DNA from: Octopus sinensis
Lineage: Eukaryota
Length of the DNA stretch: 64,000 nucleotides
Reading direction: 5' to 3'
Assembly: GCF_006345805.1 (NCBI RefSeq)
Contig: NW_021837039.1
Coordinates: 1-64,000, forward strand
In this document: positions 1-13,519 of the stretch, in pieces
Numbering within the stretch: the first letter of the stretch is position 1
Layout of the letters: each line of letters begins with the position of its first letter
The notes under the pieces: generated by a model
Seen by the model: the letters and a program-made list of their open reading frames with translations, nothing else
What the model was told of the DNA's origin: nothing
Databases searched by the model: none
Position numbers and translations under genes: made by a program

Positions 1-40
1 AGTATGTAGAGATATAAGTATATGCATGTGTATATGTGTG

Positions 41-77
<37 letters not shown>

Positions 78-301
78 GGTATGTGTATCCGTGTATATGT
101 GTATGTGTGTGTGTATGTATATGTATGTATGTGTGTATATATGTATGTGTATATGTGTATATATGTGTATATATATATATATGTATGTATGTGTATGTGT
201 ATGTGTGTGTATGTGTGCATGTATGTGTATGTGTATATGTGTATATATATGTATGTGTATATGTATGTATATATGTGTGTGTGTATGTGTGTATATGTAT
301 A

Positions 302-340
<39 letters not shown>

Positions 341-905
341 GTATGTATGTGTATGTATGTATATATATATGTATATATGAGTGCGCGCGTGTGTGTATGT
401 ATGCATATAAGTATGTATGCATGTATATGTGTATGTATATATGTGTGGAAGTGTGTGCATATATGTATATGTAAGTATGTGCGCGTGTATGAGTATGTAT
501 GTATGCTTGCACACGTGTATATATATGTGTGCGTGTGTATATATATGGATGCGCGTGCGTGCGTGCACGTGTATGGGTACGCATGTGTATATGTGTATGT
601 GCGTGTATGTGTATGTATGCATATATGTATGTATGCATGTATATGTGTATGTATATATGTGTGTAAGTGTGTGCATATATGTATATGTAAGTATGTGTGC
701 GTGTATGAGTATGTATGTATGCTTGCACACGTGTATATATGTGAGTGTGTGTATACATATGGATGCATGTGCGTGTGTGCACGTGTATGGGTACGCATGT
801 ATATGTGTATGTGCGTGTATGCGTATACGTGTATGTATGTATGTATGTGTGGGCGTATATTTGTATATGTATGTGTGAGTGGGTATATATATATATATAT
901 ATATA

Positions 906-941
<36 letters not shown>

Positions 942-1159
942 TGGGTGTGTGTGTATGCGTATAAGTGCATGTAAGTATGGATGTATGGATGTATGTATGT
1001 ATGTTTACGTATGTATGTGTTTGTGTGTATATGTATGTAGGTGTGTGTATGTATGTGTGTATATATGTATATATATATATATATGTGTGTATATATGTTT
1101 GTGTATGTATATATATGTGTGTATGTGTGTGTATATATATGGGTGTGTGTGTATGTATG

Positions 1160-1212
<53 letters not shown>

Positions 1213-1390
1213 ATATATGTATATATATATATGTGTATATGTATGTGTGTGTATGTATATATATATATATAGGTATGTATCTGTATGTAGGAGTATATAT
1301 ATGTGTGTGTGTGTGTGTATGTGTATATGTGTATATATATATGTATATGTGTTATATATATGTATATTTATTGGTGTATATATATAGACT
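1..1390. repeat. Compound (TA)n/(TG)n/(TATG)n microsatellite containing a 216-bp higher-order duplication
   Basis: Near-continuous purine/pyrimidine alternation. Landmarks recur 216 bp apart (gcttgcacacgtg at 505 and 721; gtgtgtgcat at 451 and 667). Confidence 0.95.
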
Positions 1391-1416
1391 AGCCTCCTAA
1401 AGTGTAGACATGAATC

Positions 1417-1727
1417 TGTAGGTACGAGTACGTATGTGTATATACGTGAACGTATGTAGATGTTGTATGTATGAATATAACGCGTGCGTACGTGTATGTG
1501 TATGAGTGTACGAATGGGTGTATGTACGTGCTAATGAGTGTGCGTGCGGGAACGAGTACTTGCCTTCTAGTAGACAGACAATTTGGACATGCTGCCATCG
1601 CCAGGATCCTTAGCTCTAGCGATCAAAGATAACAAAAGTAATAAATGAAGATAATAAAATTAAAATTAGGGAATGGGCCTGTATTGGATTGTGTATATAT
1701 ATATATATGTGTATATATATATATGTG

Positions 1728-1763
<36 letters not shown>

Positions 1764-2204
1764 TATATAATATGTATGTGTATGTGTGTATGTGTAGGTA
1801 TGTATAGGCACACATGTGTACGTATGTGTGTGTGTATGTATATGTGTTTATGTATGTATGTGCACACTTTTATTTTTTATTTTTTTATTTTTTATTTTTT
1901 ATTTTTATTTTTTTATTTATCTATTCTTTCATCTAACTTACCACTGACTCCTTGACCACTCCCCCAAGTATGATATTTTGCGCTATGCCTACCCCCAAAA
2001 AAGTCCCCCACCACCTCTCCTTTAAACCTGCCTAAATGTATAAATGCTAATACAATTCTTGTTAAATAGCGGTTCCTGAGATTTCTCTTGAATGAAACAG
2101 TACTAGTCCTGTAGAAGCTCCTTCTATATAATAAATTAATTTTACTCTGCTATGTATTGAGTACCTTACTTACTGTGGTTAACCCCGATCACCCGGGACC
2201 TACA
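1417..2204 (+). mobile_element. Possible solo LTR, interrupted by microsatellite
   Basis: Starts TGTAGGT (1417; alternative start 1793) and ends ACCTACA (2204), a 7-bp inverted terminus of TG..CA type. TATAAA near 2039, AATAAA near 2130. No TSD or PBS seen. Confidence 0.25.
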
Positions 2205-2297
2205 TATATATATATATATATATAATATATTCATACATATATATATATGTATATATATATATATTCATACATATATATTATATGTATATATATTATG

Positions 2298-2328
<31 letters not shown>

Positions 2329-2392
2329 TCATACATATATATATGTATGTATATATCTATATATATATATATGTGTATGTATATATATGTAC

Positions 2393-2429
<37 letters not shown>

Positions 2430-2456
2430 TACATATATGTATATACATTTATATGC

Positions 2457-2493
<37 letters not shown>

Positions 2494-2520
2494 TATATAT
2501 ATATATATATATATATATAG

Positions 2521-2852
2521 GACGCCCATCGGTCATGAATGACCATGGCATCGCATCTAGAAAGTAACCCTCCGAGGCACTAGATCATAAGATCGGGCAA
2601 GGTTGTTTATGGAAGACCAGGAGTCACCCATGCATACCAGCCTCTCCTCTCCACGCCACCAAGGACAAAAACAAAGGCCGATACAGTTTGGCACCAACAG
2701 TGATGTCGCAACACATTCCTATAGCATAGTGAACTGGAGCAACGTGAAACAAAGTGTTTTGCTCAAGAACACAACACGCAGCCCAGTTTGGGAATCGAAC
2801 TCTCAGCCTCATAATTGTGAGCCCGACGTTCTGACCACTGAGCCATGCACTT
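2521..2852 (-). mobile_element. tRNA-derived SINE, family 2 (~330 bp)
   Basis: The reverse complement aligns to the copies at 15137-15480 and 62203-62467. tRNA-like head with A/B boxes at the 2852 end. Confidence 0.9.
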
Positions 2853-2864
2853 TTCATGCATACA

Positions 2865-2906
<42 letters not shown>

Positions 2907-4099
2907 TGTATGTATATTCATACCGTCTTGACAAACAACATACAGCACAAATTCTTGATTCATTAAATTTATTTTCCACTTTAGAGGATGTGTCACGATA
3001 CCCAGATTGTATTTGAGAAGATCTTCATATGAACAGGGGAAGATCAGCTCAAGGATGAAGAATTCTTCAAAGATGTCATGGAAATAAGGAAAAGGGCAGG
3101 CCTATTGTCAAGAGACATGTTGACAATCGTGGACACTTGTTTCTGGCTCAATAACTGTCACTAGCATGACAATTGTCCGACCTTATCTCCAGTAGCCAAT
3201 GGATTTAGACTTATACAAAACAGAGAAGGATCAATTTACAGCCTAGGCAATTTGCATAATTTATACATTATTGTATGTATGTATGTATGTATGTATGTAT
3301 GTATGTATGTATGTATGTATGTATGTTTGTATGTATGTATGTATGCATGCATGCATGCATGCATGTATGTATGTATCTACCACTCGCTATATGCATATAT
3401 GTTTATATATAAATATCTATATGTATCTCTATACACTCTCAGGTGCACACATATACACACACATATAAAAGCGGAATTGAAACCATTATTTTTCGGTTAT
3501 GGTAAATGATCATTCATGTGAAGTGGTACGGATGACAAGCGTTTGATTAAGTAACTGCAACAATCGCAATAAAGGGTTTAGTTATCCAAGATTTTAATTG
3601 GAAAGAGGCTTGTTCCGCCTCTTCTCTTCCTGGGATATGATATATATCAACAACGTGATCCATCGATCATTAATGTTCGTGCTGAATTATATTTTGTAAC
3701 TTCTTATACTCTCACGATGTTTTCTGGAATTTTATTCGACATATTGAATGATTATTTCTCGTTTTATCAGAAATTGTTGCAACACTGCTAAGAAAGAATC
3801 TCTAGTGTCATCTATAGAAAAAATAATCTAATGATATTTAAAAGAAAAATAACCTTTAAAAGCCATTTATTTATAGTTTTCAAAGAGAGTAAATTTGAGA
3901 AATATAATGAAACATATTGATTTAAAACAACTAAAGCAGTATCATCGGATTATGTTCTTATAGATACACTCAAAAAACATACAAAAGTACACGTATTTCT
4001 ACCCGTCACGAGCGAAGAAGTACGTCTTGAAAACGTATTATGCTTTCTCTAATAATTTTGGAAGCTGTATAGACGCTAACAGACATAGGCATTCACTCA

Positions 4100-4325
4100 G
4101 CTTCCTCACCCAATCCATGCCCAGCATGTATTAATTCCAGGAAATAAGTACCCGCGGGTATTGGTAAATGAGAACCAAACCGGGTGACAGACTATTGCAG
4201 TTGAGTTAACTAGTGCAATATAAAATAGGCTGCCTCGTTCAAGGATACAGCGCACCACCCGGTCCTGGAATTGAGTACGACATTATGGTCGTGAGAGCAA
4301 GAACCTAATCACTCGGAAAGTAGCC
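4100..4325 (-). mobile_element. Degenerate tRNA-headed SINE
   Basis: The minus strand begins ggctactttccgagtgattagg...actcaattccaggaccggg, a decayed A/B-box head resembling family 2. Confidence 0.5.
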
Positions 4326-4461
4326 TTTTCAATCGCAATCCTGAACATATCGGATATTAAAAAAATTTTTTCTCATTATTGAACGTTTATTCACTACAAA
4401 CATAACATTTAGATGCTTTATATATTGCATTTATTTACTACAGCGATATACACAAACTATT

Positions 4462-4672
4462 GGTTTCTAATTATGAAATAAGGCCAGCAATTTTAGGGGA
4501 CAGAGTAAGTCGATTACATTGACCCAAGTGTTCAAATGGTGTTTATCTTACCGACCCCGAAAGGGGACGAAAGACAAGTCGACCAGACCGGAATCCGAAC
4601 TCAGAATGTTATGACGGATGAGATGTCTGCCAGGATTTTGCTCAGCGTGCTAACGAGTCAGCTAGCTCGCCA
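4462..4672 (-). mobile_element. SINE family 1, non-Tx1 tail variant
   Basis: Contains the family core (ccccgaaagg...gtcgacc...gaactcagaa) shared with 18841, 39074 and 58380. Tail reads ...gctggccttatttcataattagaaacc. Confidence 0.8.
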
Positions 4673-4789
4673 ACTTATACTCACATAATATTTACGCACC
4701 TTATATTTTGTAATATATTTCTGTTACTACACCTACTGCAAACTCAGGGATGCAAAAACTTCTGTTGTAGACTTGTTTCAACAGATTTA

Positions 4790-5770
4790 CCATTATTAAA
4801 TTCAATTTGTATTAACTTCATAACCTCACCAATCATTTTCTTATAACAAACGATTCACTTGCAACAGAAACTATAAACAACTAAGATATTAATATAAATG
4901 ATATATTTGTAAACACAGCAAATATTCGCATACATACATACAAGCATACACAGGCACACACACATGTACATGTATATGCACATACATACACATGTACACA
5001 TACATACACTCACATGTACACATACATACACTCACATGTACACGTACATGCACATACATGTATATTTAGGTATAACTTAGAGTTATATATACACATATAT
5101 TTATGTATAACTTAGTTATATATATACATACATATATACATATATATACATATATACACATATATATACACATATATATACACACACACATATATATACA
5201 CACACATATATATATACACATATATACACATATATACATATAATATATACATATATACACATATATATATATACACATATATAAATATACATATATATAC
5301 ATATATAAATATACATATATATACATATATAAATATACATATAAATATACATATACATATATATACATATATATATATATATACACATACACAAACATAT
5401 ATACATATATATATTTGCTCACATATACATATATATACATACATATATAGGCTTTTATATTTTATATTGTTTCAGTATATTAATATTATTAGATCAATTT
5501 TTATAGCTTCACCAATTATTTATTTACAACTCAGAATTCACGTGCTACAGAAACTTAAGACTTTAAATATAATTGATATATTTGTAAACAAGTAATGTTA
5601 GCATGTTTACACACATCTATCAATTCTTCTGTATTTTAGATTATTTCAGCATATTTAGCTTTATTAGATATAAAGTTTATGACCTCACGAATCATTTATT
5701 TATAAGTAACAACTCATGTGTGACACAAACTATAAACAGCTAAGATCTTAATATAAATAACATATGTATT
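4790..5770. repeat. Three diverged ~150-175-bp AT-rich repeat units split by a (CA/TA)n tract
   Basis: The motif order ttatta..(c/t)tcac(c/g)aat..ata..aaact..taaga..aatata recurs at ~4793, ~5486 and ~5661. Confidence 0.6.
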
Positions 5771-5917
5771 TTATGATTTCGCTTGTGAATGGCGATACTA
5801 ATAACCAGTTTTTAGAATTCAAAGTACGTATGCTTTACAGTAAAATGTTAGACGAGTTCAGAGTGTAATATTAATTATTGAATGACAAAAGAATAGGAAT
5901 TACGTAATTATCTTTGT

Positions 5918-5999
5918 TAACTTATAGCTGTTTTGCTATAAGAAGCAGAGCACTCAAAGTTGAGTGTTTATGCAATATCTTATAGCTTCCTCAGAGTCA
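5918..5999 (-). ncRNA. Degenerate minimal type-I hammerhead ribozyme motif
   Basis: Minus strand: tgact-CTGAGGA-a-gctataaga...tcttatagc-AAAA-c-agct-a-TA-agtta. 5-bp stem I, perfect 9-bp stem II plus inner hairpin, palindromic AGCT loop. GAAA reads AAAA and the stem-III pair is C.A. Confidence 0.55.
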
Positions 6000-7374
6000 T
6001 TAAGATCACATGTGTAAAAAACAAAATTTCGTCTGGGAAGCCGATCATAATTCTAACAATTCAAAGTGAGATACGCAAGTGACCGAAGTTAATATCTGTA
6101 TTTCTATATTTTCTAAGTTCAGTCTTTTGTACGTTGGTTAAAATGTTCGTATGTTTGAATGGTATTATCAGAGCATCAGGTTTTATTATATTCGCTTCGA
6201 TTCACACAAGCACTATTGTCTGAAAGGTTAGGTCATTTCTTACGTGTATAAACAATTTCGAAATAAACATTCAGTTAATAATAAATAAAAAAAAAGAAAA
6301 TTGAGTTTTCATTTCGCTGCCGACTTGTAGTCGCCTGTTAATATGGAATTTTACCAAATTCATTCTTGAATTTCTACCAACGAAAAAAAAAAAAAACATT
6401 CACACACGATTTAACTGTCTCTGGTATTTACTGCTCCTTAGCTATTTAAATTTTGAAAGGTAAATATGATATAATGATATTCTCAAATATACAGCCTTTC
6501 AAAACTTTAAATGCACGGCTTTTAAGATCATTTGTTTTAATTACTGCTGCTTAAAATTTTTCATAATTCGTAGTATCGATATTATAGCATTCGCTTTTCT
6601 GAGTTTTCTATTTTTTTTTTAAATCTTACCACAACCTTCCTTTTTCGATGTTTGAAAACTCGGCCTTGTCACGTCCGATCAAGGCGTGTTCGTTGTTATA
6701 GTTCAAACTTACTTATGTGTGTGTATGTGTGTGTATGTGTGCTTGTGTGTGTGTGTTTGTGTGTGTATGTGTGTGTATGGGAGTGTGTGTGCAAGTGTAT
6801 ATACATAGAACCGTGTATTGTTCACGTTGTGTATGTACTTACGTTGGCATTGGTCTCCAAAAACGGTTGTTTTAATACTTCGACAAATATATTAAATTGA
6901 AATAAGTGCCACGGATCAATATGACCGACTAAAATTCTTTAAGCCAGTGTCTCATCATCGCTGCAGTTAAGCTAATAACTAAGCAGAATTTATAATTGAA
7001 TGTGAAAGAATATGATTTTAAGATTGCATTCCACATAAATTATGTGATTTCATTAAATTGCTAACACGAATACTAGACATGTTGAGCAGACAAAGAGAAA
7101 AATCAAGGAAAACCGTCTTAGCTGATTAAATAGATCAAAGTAGCTGTTTATTTATTGTAGAAGGAGTGAAAAACCGCAGAGTTGGGCTCGATGAGATTTG
7201 AACTCAGAGTGTAGAAAAAAAAGCCGATCAAGCACTTTTCCGACGTTTAATTCACCATCTCGTCATGGTACGTATTAGAGATAAGATATAACATATTTTC
7301 CCATGTGAAAATTCTTAACTATAGATAATGTTGAGAAAATATTATACATTGTTCATGTGCATAATTACACTCAG

Positions 7375-7535
7375 CACGTAAGGCCGAAGAAGTCCCGCAT
7401 TATGATCACAAATATTTGATGGGACTGAAGCTCGATAGCAGGAACGTACTTTCGATGCTATCGCTCCGAGATTTATCTTCTTCGATCCTACACATAATAG
7501 ACGGAAGGAGCCCATGCGTGGTGAAAGGGAGCTGG
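7375..7535 (+). other. Possible isolated coding exon, unidentified
   Basis: Non-repetitive, higher-GC stretch between ctcAG (7374) and a GTAAAT donor-like site (~7536), open as RKAEEVPHYDHKYLMGLKLDSRNVLSMLSLRDLSSSILHIIDGRSPCVVKGS. No recognisable domain. Confidence 0.2.
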
Positions 7536-8099
7536 TAAATGGATTGGATGTACTGGGGAAATAAAATGTCTACGTCATCACTGAGGAACTGTAATTTAAC
7601 TTGCACAAGGGGAACATATCGAGAGGAGTCTCCTTGTGTGCATCGAGATGCCCATTGACTACAGTTTCAGAAAAAGATGCTTTACGACTTTTAAATCGCT
7701 TTTAATTTCAGAGTTATAATTCCCGATCCTATTGAAAAATACAAAAAAAGTTGTCTTTTTTCTGAAAGGTAAGGATTTCTAGGTTCGAATCATGTGCCAA
7801 AATTTCGAAATGTTGAATGGATAAGATTTCAGATTTCTGCTTCTTACCATTGCCTAAAAAACAAAACCCCTCAAATTCTGCTGAGGATTGAGTAGCAACG
7901 GGAAGATAAACTCTTATTAAGTAAAGGAATCATTAACTGTTGGGGTGTTTGTACATAATCGAGTGTTTAAGATGTCAGTTTGTCAATCACGAAGTTCCTG
8001 GTTCGATCCAAATGCGTAACAATTTAAAAATAAATTCTAAATTAGATAATGACTATTTGTAAATCTTACAACGAGAGATATTCAGCAACAGTACTTTGT

Positions 8100-8416
8100 A
8101 GTAAAGATTGTTTGCCAACATAACATGGCAGTCCTGGTTGGTGTAATTTAGCCCCAGGAGACATTGTCTCCAGCTGGCTATACGACACGATCAATGTCTT
8201 TATATTTTCGAACAAGGAAATCTAGCACCCCCACTCAGCTCAAAACAATATCTGTATATCGCGATTTCTGGGTTATTTCTCTTCATCAGCACAGAAAATA
8301 TAAGGACACAGATCGTGTCGTATAGCCAGCTGGAAACGATGTCTCCTGGGGCTAAATTACAGCAACATTTGTCCTAAATCAGGACCGCCATGTTATGTTG
8401 GCAAATAATCTTTACT
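8100..8416. mobile_element. Foldback / MITE-like element with ~90-110-bp inverted arms around a hammerhead-containing spacer
   Basis: The left arm agtaaagattgtttgccaacataacatggc...gctggctatacgacacgatc (8100-8191) is the reverse complement of 8307-8416 with one short indel. Confidence 0.85.
8252..8294 (-). ncRNA. Minimal type-I hammerhead ribozyme motif
   Basis: Minus strand: ctgtg-CTGATGA-agag-aaataa-ccca-GAAA-t-cgcg-a-TA-tacag. 5-bp stem I, intact core, palindromic CGCG stem-III loop, AUA triplet. Stem II is weak (A.A and A.C mismatches). Confidence 0.7.
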
Positions 8417-9589
8417 CCAACTTCTAAATTGCTTGAAACTTTTTGTTAATTTGGGCTGAAAATCTATGTGCAGAAGCCCGATGGTTAGAATCTACAAGAA
8501 TTTAGAAGAATTAGATTTACGAGCACTTAGCACTATCCATAAAATAGGAAGCATTAACTTATCGGCTAATTTTCCCGTTGTTGCACAAATTTATTCTAAT
8601 TATCTCCTTTAAGCCTATTGTTATGTATATTCACAATCGCAAAATGAAACTTGTTATTTCATATCAAATTCAAATTCCGCCTTTTTCATTCCTTTCCAAA
8701 ATCATTTCTTCTTTTCTTTTGTTTGTACTCAGCAAGATTAGATCCAAAGCCTTAGCCATTATCGTTGTTTCAAACACTACAACAAACTGACTCTTTTAAC
8801 TCTCTCCTTTTACTAATTTAGGAAAATGAAAATATTTCCTTTGTTTAGTTTTTTTAAAAGGTTCTTAATTTATTGCTTGGAAAGTAACAAGACACTTCTT
8901 GGTACTTGTTACGACCTTAACGCACACGTACACACACTCACAAACACATACATATTTATGAATGCGTATATATGTGTGCGTGTATACATGTGTATATGTG
9001 TGTGTGTATACATACACACACACACGTATTATATTGCCATCTATTACTTAATAAGAATACATTGCAAAACTTATTATTCTAAATTGAATTCTACTTAAAA
9101 CAAAAATAAATCCGCCTCTTGAAGTGCAAACGTTTCCTCGTGATTGATGGCGCTATTATTATTGAAATATAATGGATTCTAAATGCCATGAATAACACAA
9201 ATAGATAACTTAAAAGCCATTGTAACAATATTGAAAAGTAAACTGATCCCGGTCGGAATTTCCAGTGACGGGGGTTCAATTGTCTGATGAATTAAGCACC
9301 AATTTCCATGAAGAGATATATTGAAGAATGGCTAAGCATTCACGAACACTCCTTTACTCTTTTACTTCAATCACGCGGGCGTGGTCATACTGGACGAAAT
9401 TGAACTTTTGAATTATTAAGGACTATTCATCCGATGGGATTCCACGCATTTTCCGCTTAACCATTTCTATTTTACAGATATGGGTTGAAATTTAGATATA
9501 TAAAAATGACATTTTCTCGTAAAAACTAACTTCTTATTGTCCCAGCATGGCCGCAGCTCTCAGGCTGAATATAACGAATGATTTCTTTG

Positions 9590-9880
9590 TGAAGGCGACT
9601 AACTTATTGGATGGGTGTAATTTGATACCCGTCGGCGCTTTCTGTCTTTCAGCAACGCACTTTATTTCACGTAGTTTCAGACCACTTAGTTAGCAAAAAT
9701 GAACAGTACCTGTATTTAAAAGGGCCAGCCTTGTCCCACCGTATCTCCCTGAGAATTACATTAAGGGTACACGTGTCTGGGGATTGCTCAGCCACATGAA
9801 CGTTTATTACACGAGCAAGCTTTTCTGTTGATTGGGTCAACTGGAACGATCGTCGAAATCACCGACGGTGTGCCAGTTAG
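9590..9880 (+). mobile_element. Decayed SINE-like repeat with tRNA-like head
   Basis: The head shares cactttatttcacgt with family 2, followed by a different body (ccctgagaattacattaagggtacacgtgtc...accgacggtgtgcc). Confidence 0.55.
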
Positions 9881-10689
9881 TTAAAAGAATTCTTTGCCAT
9901 TCGGCCATATTGAGTGAGCCTACAACTGATAAAATCTAATGAGAAGTTCAGAATAAAGTCTTTTCTTAGACAGAGAATTAGTCCATTGAATATTTGCAAC
10001 TCCTAAAAGATTATCGGAAATCTAAGCCTGTTTCCGAAACAGTACAGTGTAGGGGTTGATGCGGAATAAAGAGTTTTACTTGGTGATGGGTAAGGCATGA
10101 TCTAAAATTGAGAATTACTATTTGGCTGAGAGGTCTAAAATTAAGAGTACAACTCAATTATAACATGAAACACTTTGATACTTTTCGAACATATAACCTG
10201 TGGTTAAACATCTTATCTACTCAATCATCACGTTACTAATTTAGAATTTTATTGGCTCTCCAGCAACGTGATTGCTGGCTGTATCTGACCATTCATAAGC
10301 TGCTGGTTGGAGAAAAGCTGGGTCCTTATTATCCGCATTTATCACTACTCTGTGTACCATCTTTCTTCCTCAAAAATTTTAAAGCTGAAATCGATTAAAT
10401 TAAATATAACGCATCTCCCCTATCTTCAATCATTGACTCATTGGTACCAAATGGAAAAAATCAATAACGTTAATGTAGCTTCTATTACTGATATTGTTGT
10501 GGCTATTTAACCCAAAGTCAACCGTGATTATGCATACATATGTTCAGAATTAATCTAGCCGTGACCACCTCGTCTTTTTTTACAGCACAGTTTATTACAT
10601 ACATTTTTCAAATGTGGCATTATATTGTTTTACTGATATTTCTTGCAGTTTAACTGATCACAGCGGCTCTCTTTGTAGTTATTGTTTAT

Positions 10690-11049
10690 GGTGATGACAT
10701 GGGAGGTGGTGAAGGCGATGATGATGATGATGATGATGACGATGATGAAGATGATGATAATGATGATGGTGTTGGTGGTTGTGGTGATGATGATGATTAT
10801 CATGAGAATGACGATGTTGATGATGATGATGGTGATGGTGGTGGTGGTGGTGGTGGTAGTAGAGGTGGTGATGATGGTGATGATGATATAATAACGATTT
10901 TATTTTTATTATGATAATAATGATAATAAAAATGCTGATTGTTCTGATCATGTTGATAGTTATGTGGGTAATGATAATGTTGATGCTATTGAAGTTAATT
11001 TAATGTTGCTGCTGCTGCTACAGTTACTACAGTTACTGCTGCTGCCGCT

Positions 11050-11080
<31 letters not shown>

Positions 11081-11580
11081 ATGATCAAGCTGATGATGGT
11101 GGTGGTGGGGGTGGGTGTGGTGGTGGTGATGATGAAAGGGAGGTTGATGATGCTGATTGTGATAAAGATGATAATGATAAAGATGATGATGTGGAGGAGG
11201 GGAATATTGCTGATAGTGTTATAGTCAGCGTCGTTAATTTGATGTTAATACTACTGCTGCTGCTTATGATGATGATGATGACGACGACGTTGACGATGAT
11301 GATGATCATCATCATCACAGAAGATAATGGGGGATATTGCTGATGATAATTTTTGGCATTAATGATGAGGGTGATGACGACGATGACGACGATGTTGATG
11401 ATGATAATGTGATGATGATGATAATATAATGATGATGATGATATGACGATGATGATGATATGATGATGATGATAATGATATGATGATGATATGATGATGA
11501 TGATAATGATATGATGATATGATGATGATGATAATGATATGATGATGATGATGATGATGATAGTGATGAGGTGGTGGAGA
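10690..11580. repeat. Compound (GAT)n/(GGT)n/(GCT)n trinucleotide microsatellite
   Basis: Direct reading. It explains the poly-Asp/His/Met/Ile ORFs. Confidence 0.95.
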
Positions 11581-12259
11581 GGAGATCGGACGTATTTGAG
11601 AAAAAGAATACCAATGAGAATGTCGGCAATGATTTTTTTTTGATATTTCATTTCATTTTTTTTTGTCTTGATTAGCATTACATAAGATGAAAGAATTATG
11701 AATACATTTTTTTCTATAAACAACAACAACAACAACAAACAAACAAACAAACAACGAAAATAGCTACACTACAACAAAGATATATGTATATATAAATTAG
11801 AAAATCTATGTTTGAGAGAATAAAGATAAATTGAAATGTTTATAAATATAAATTAATTGTAGTTAATGAGAGAAACAGTAATATTAATAGTTCGATTGGC
11901 ATAAGATATAATAGATCGATAGATTTAGGATATTGTCAGAAAAGAATATGAATAAATGATTATTTCTTAAAAAAAACAAAACAATGATGGAAAAACAGTC
12001 AAACAAACATATCAACCTATAAATTATTATTATATTCAGGTTTTACAAAAGGATGATGATGATGATGATGATGATGATAATGATGGCGATGATGATGATG
12101 ATCATCATTATCATGATAACAACAATAACGACGACAACAACAGCAATAATAATTTCTTTTATTTGACAGATGACATCAGATGAAGTGGACATTACAAGGA
12201 CAGTTTACGTTTTGTGTGGAGGTTTACGTAAAGACATGATGCAAATAATATCAACAGCA

Positions 12260-12308
<49 letters not shown>

Positions 12309-12317
12309 TGAGAATGG

Positions 12318-12362
<45 letters not shown>

Positions 12363-12384
12363 CGACGATGATGATGATGATGAT

Positions 12385-13170
12385 AAAGTTGGGATGTGAT
12401 CTGGGAAGAGGTAAGGGAAGACTAAACCACTTGCTATTCATGAACGACCTGAAGCTATTCACAAAACAAAAATCTGAGGCAGAACTGGACAGCCTAATCC
12501 AGTCTGTACGGATTTTCTCCAACGATATTATAATGGAGATTTGACTCTCAAAATGTTCTACGATGGTGATGAGACGAGGAAAGCTTGCCACGACAGAAGA
12601 CAGATATGGTTGCCAAATGAAATGCTGAAGGTAATTCAACCTCAATCCAGCTATAAATACCTGGGAATATTTGAGGCAGATAGAATAAAAACCACGACAT
12701 GAAGGAAAAAGACAAAAAAGAGAGTACCTGCGGAGATGGAAGGAAAATATTGGTTTCACAGCTGAATGCCAGAAACATAATTTCGGCAATAAACTCGCGC
12801 AGTCGTAGTAATTCGGTATGGCACTGGAATCCTTAAGTGGACAGATAAGGAGCTAAAGGAGATGGAGCTAAAGTCTAGAAAGCTCCTAACGATGCATGGA
12901 GCCCATCATCCACGTGCAGACACTGATGGCCTATACATGAAGGGAGTAAATGGAAGAAGGGAATATGTGTGGAGGACTGCGTGCGTATCGAACTCGAGAG
13001 TTTAATGAAATACCTATCCCAAAGTAAGGAAACCTTGCTAGTGACAGTTAGAAACGCGGGAGTATTGAGAGCAGAGAAAAAGGTAAAACAAAGGAAGAAG
13101 TAGAAAAAGGACAAGAAGAAGAATTACGCAAGAAGGGACTACACAATCAATTCCATGTAGCCACAGGAAT
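12385..13170 (+). mobile_element. R4/Dong-like non-LTR retrotransposon, RT fragment (pseudogenised)
   Basis: LNHLLFMNDLKLF (FMDD motif decayed), YKYLG, MHGAHHPRADTDGLY and LHNQF, with stops and frameshifts. Starts right after (AAT)n(GAT)n. Confidence 0.85.
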
Positions 13171-13519
13171 ATTCTTTAAACAAGACCAATCACTTCATTC
13201 GTCAGGTCCTTATGGTATGATGTGGCGTTGGTATTCACAAAGACTGTGTTAGGAGAGAGATGTGGATGTCAAAGCGCATGCACTGTTGTTATGGCGTATC
13301 GGTATATTGCTTATGAGTGACCTTCGGTGCTCGCTGTGGAATTACTATTTGTGCTCTTGGTTTTCCCACGCGGCTGTGATGTTGAGGTTGTTTTTTTTCT
13401 CCCCCAATCTCTGATATTATGGTAATTACTGCAGTCATTGCTGCTTGTAACAACTGTTCTACCTGTTGCTGCTACCGTTGTTGTAACTGTACTTACTGGT
13501 GCATTTCTTTTTTTATCGT

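Noticed and set aside
22-1400. Long ORFs rich in Y/I/C/V/M (also 2247-2567, 5066-5444, 21000-24500, 57500-58260)
   Set aside because: They are translations of TA/TG/CA/TCTA microsatellites, which lack stops in several frames.
9280-9300. Other CTGAnGA matches (9284, 7582, 25018, 37638, 61157)
   Set aside because: No correctly placed GAAA, stem III or complementary stem I.
10679-11750. Poly-His/Asp/Met/Ile ORFs suggesting a metal-binding protein
   Set aside because: Pure trinucleotide repeats open in several frames on both strands, with no unique domain.
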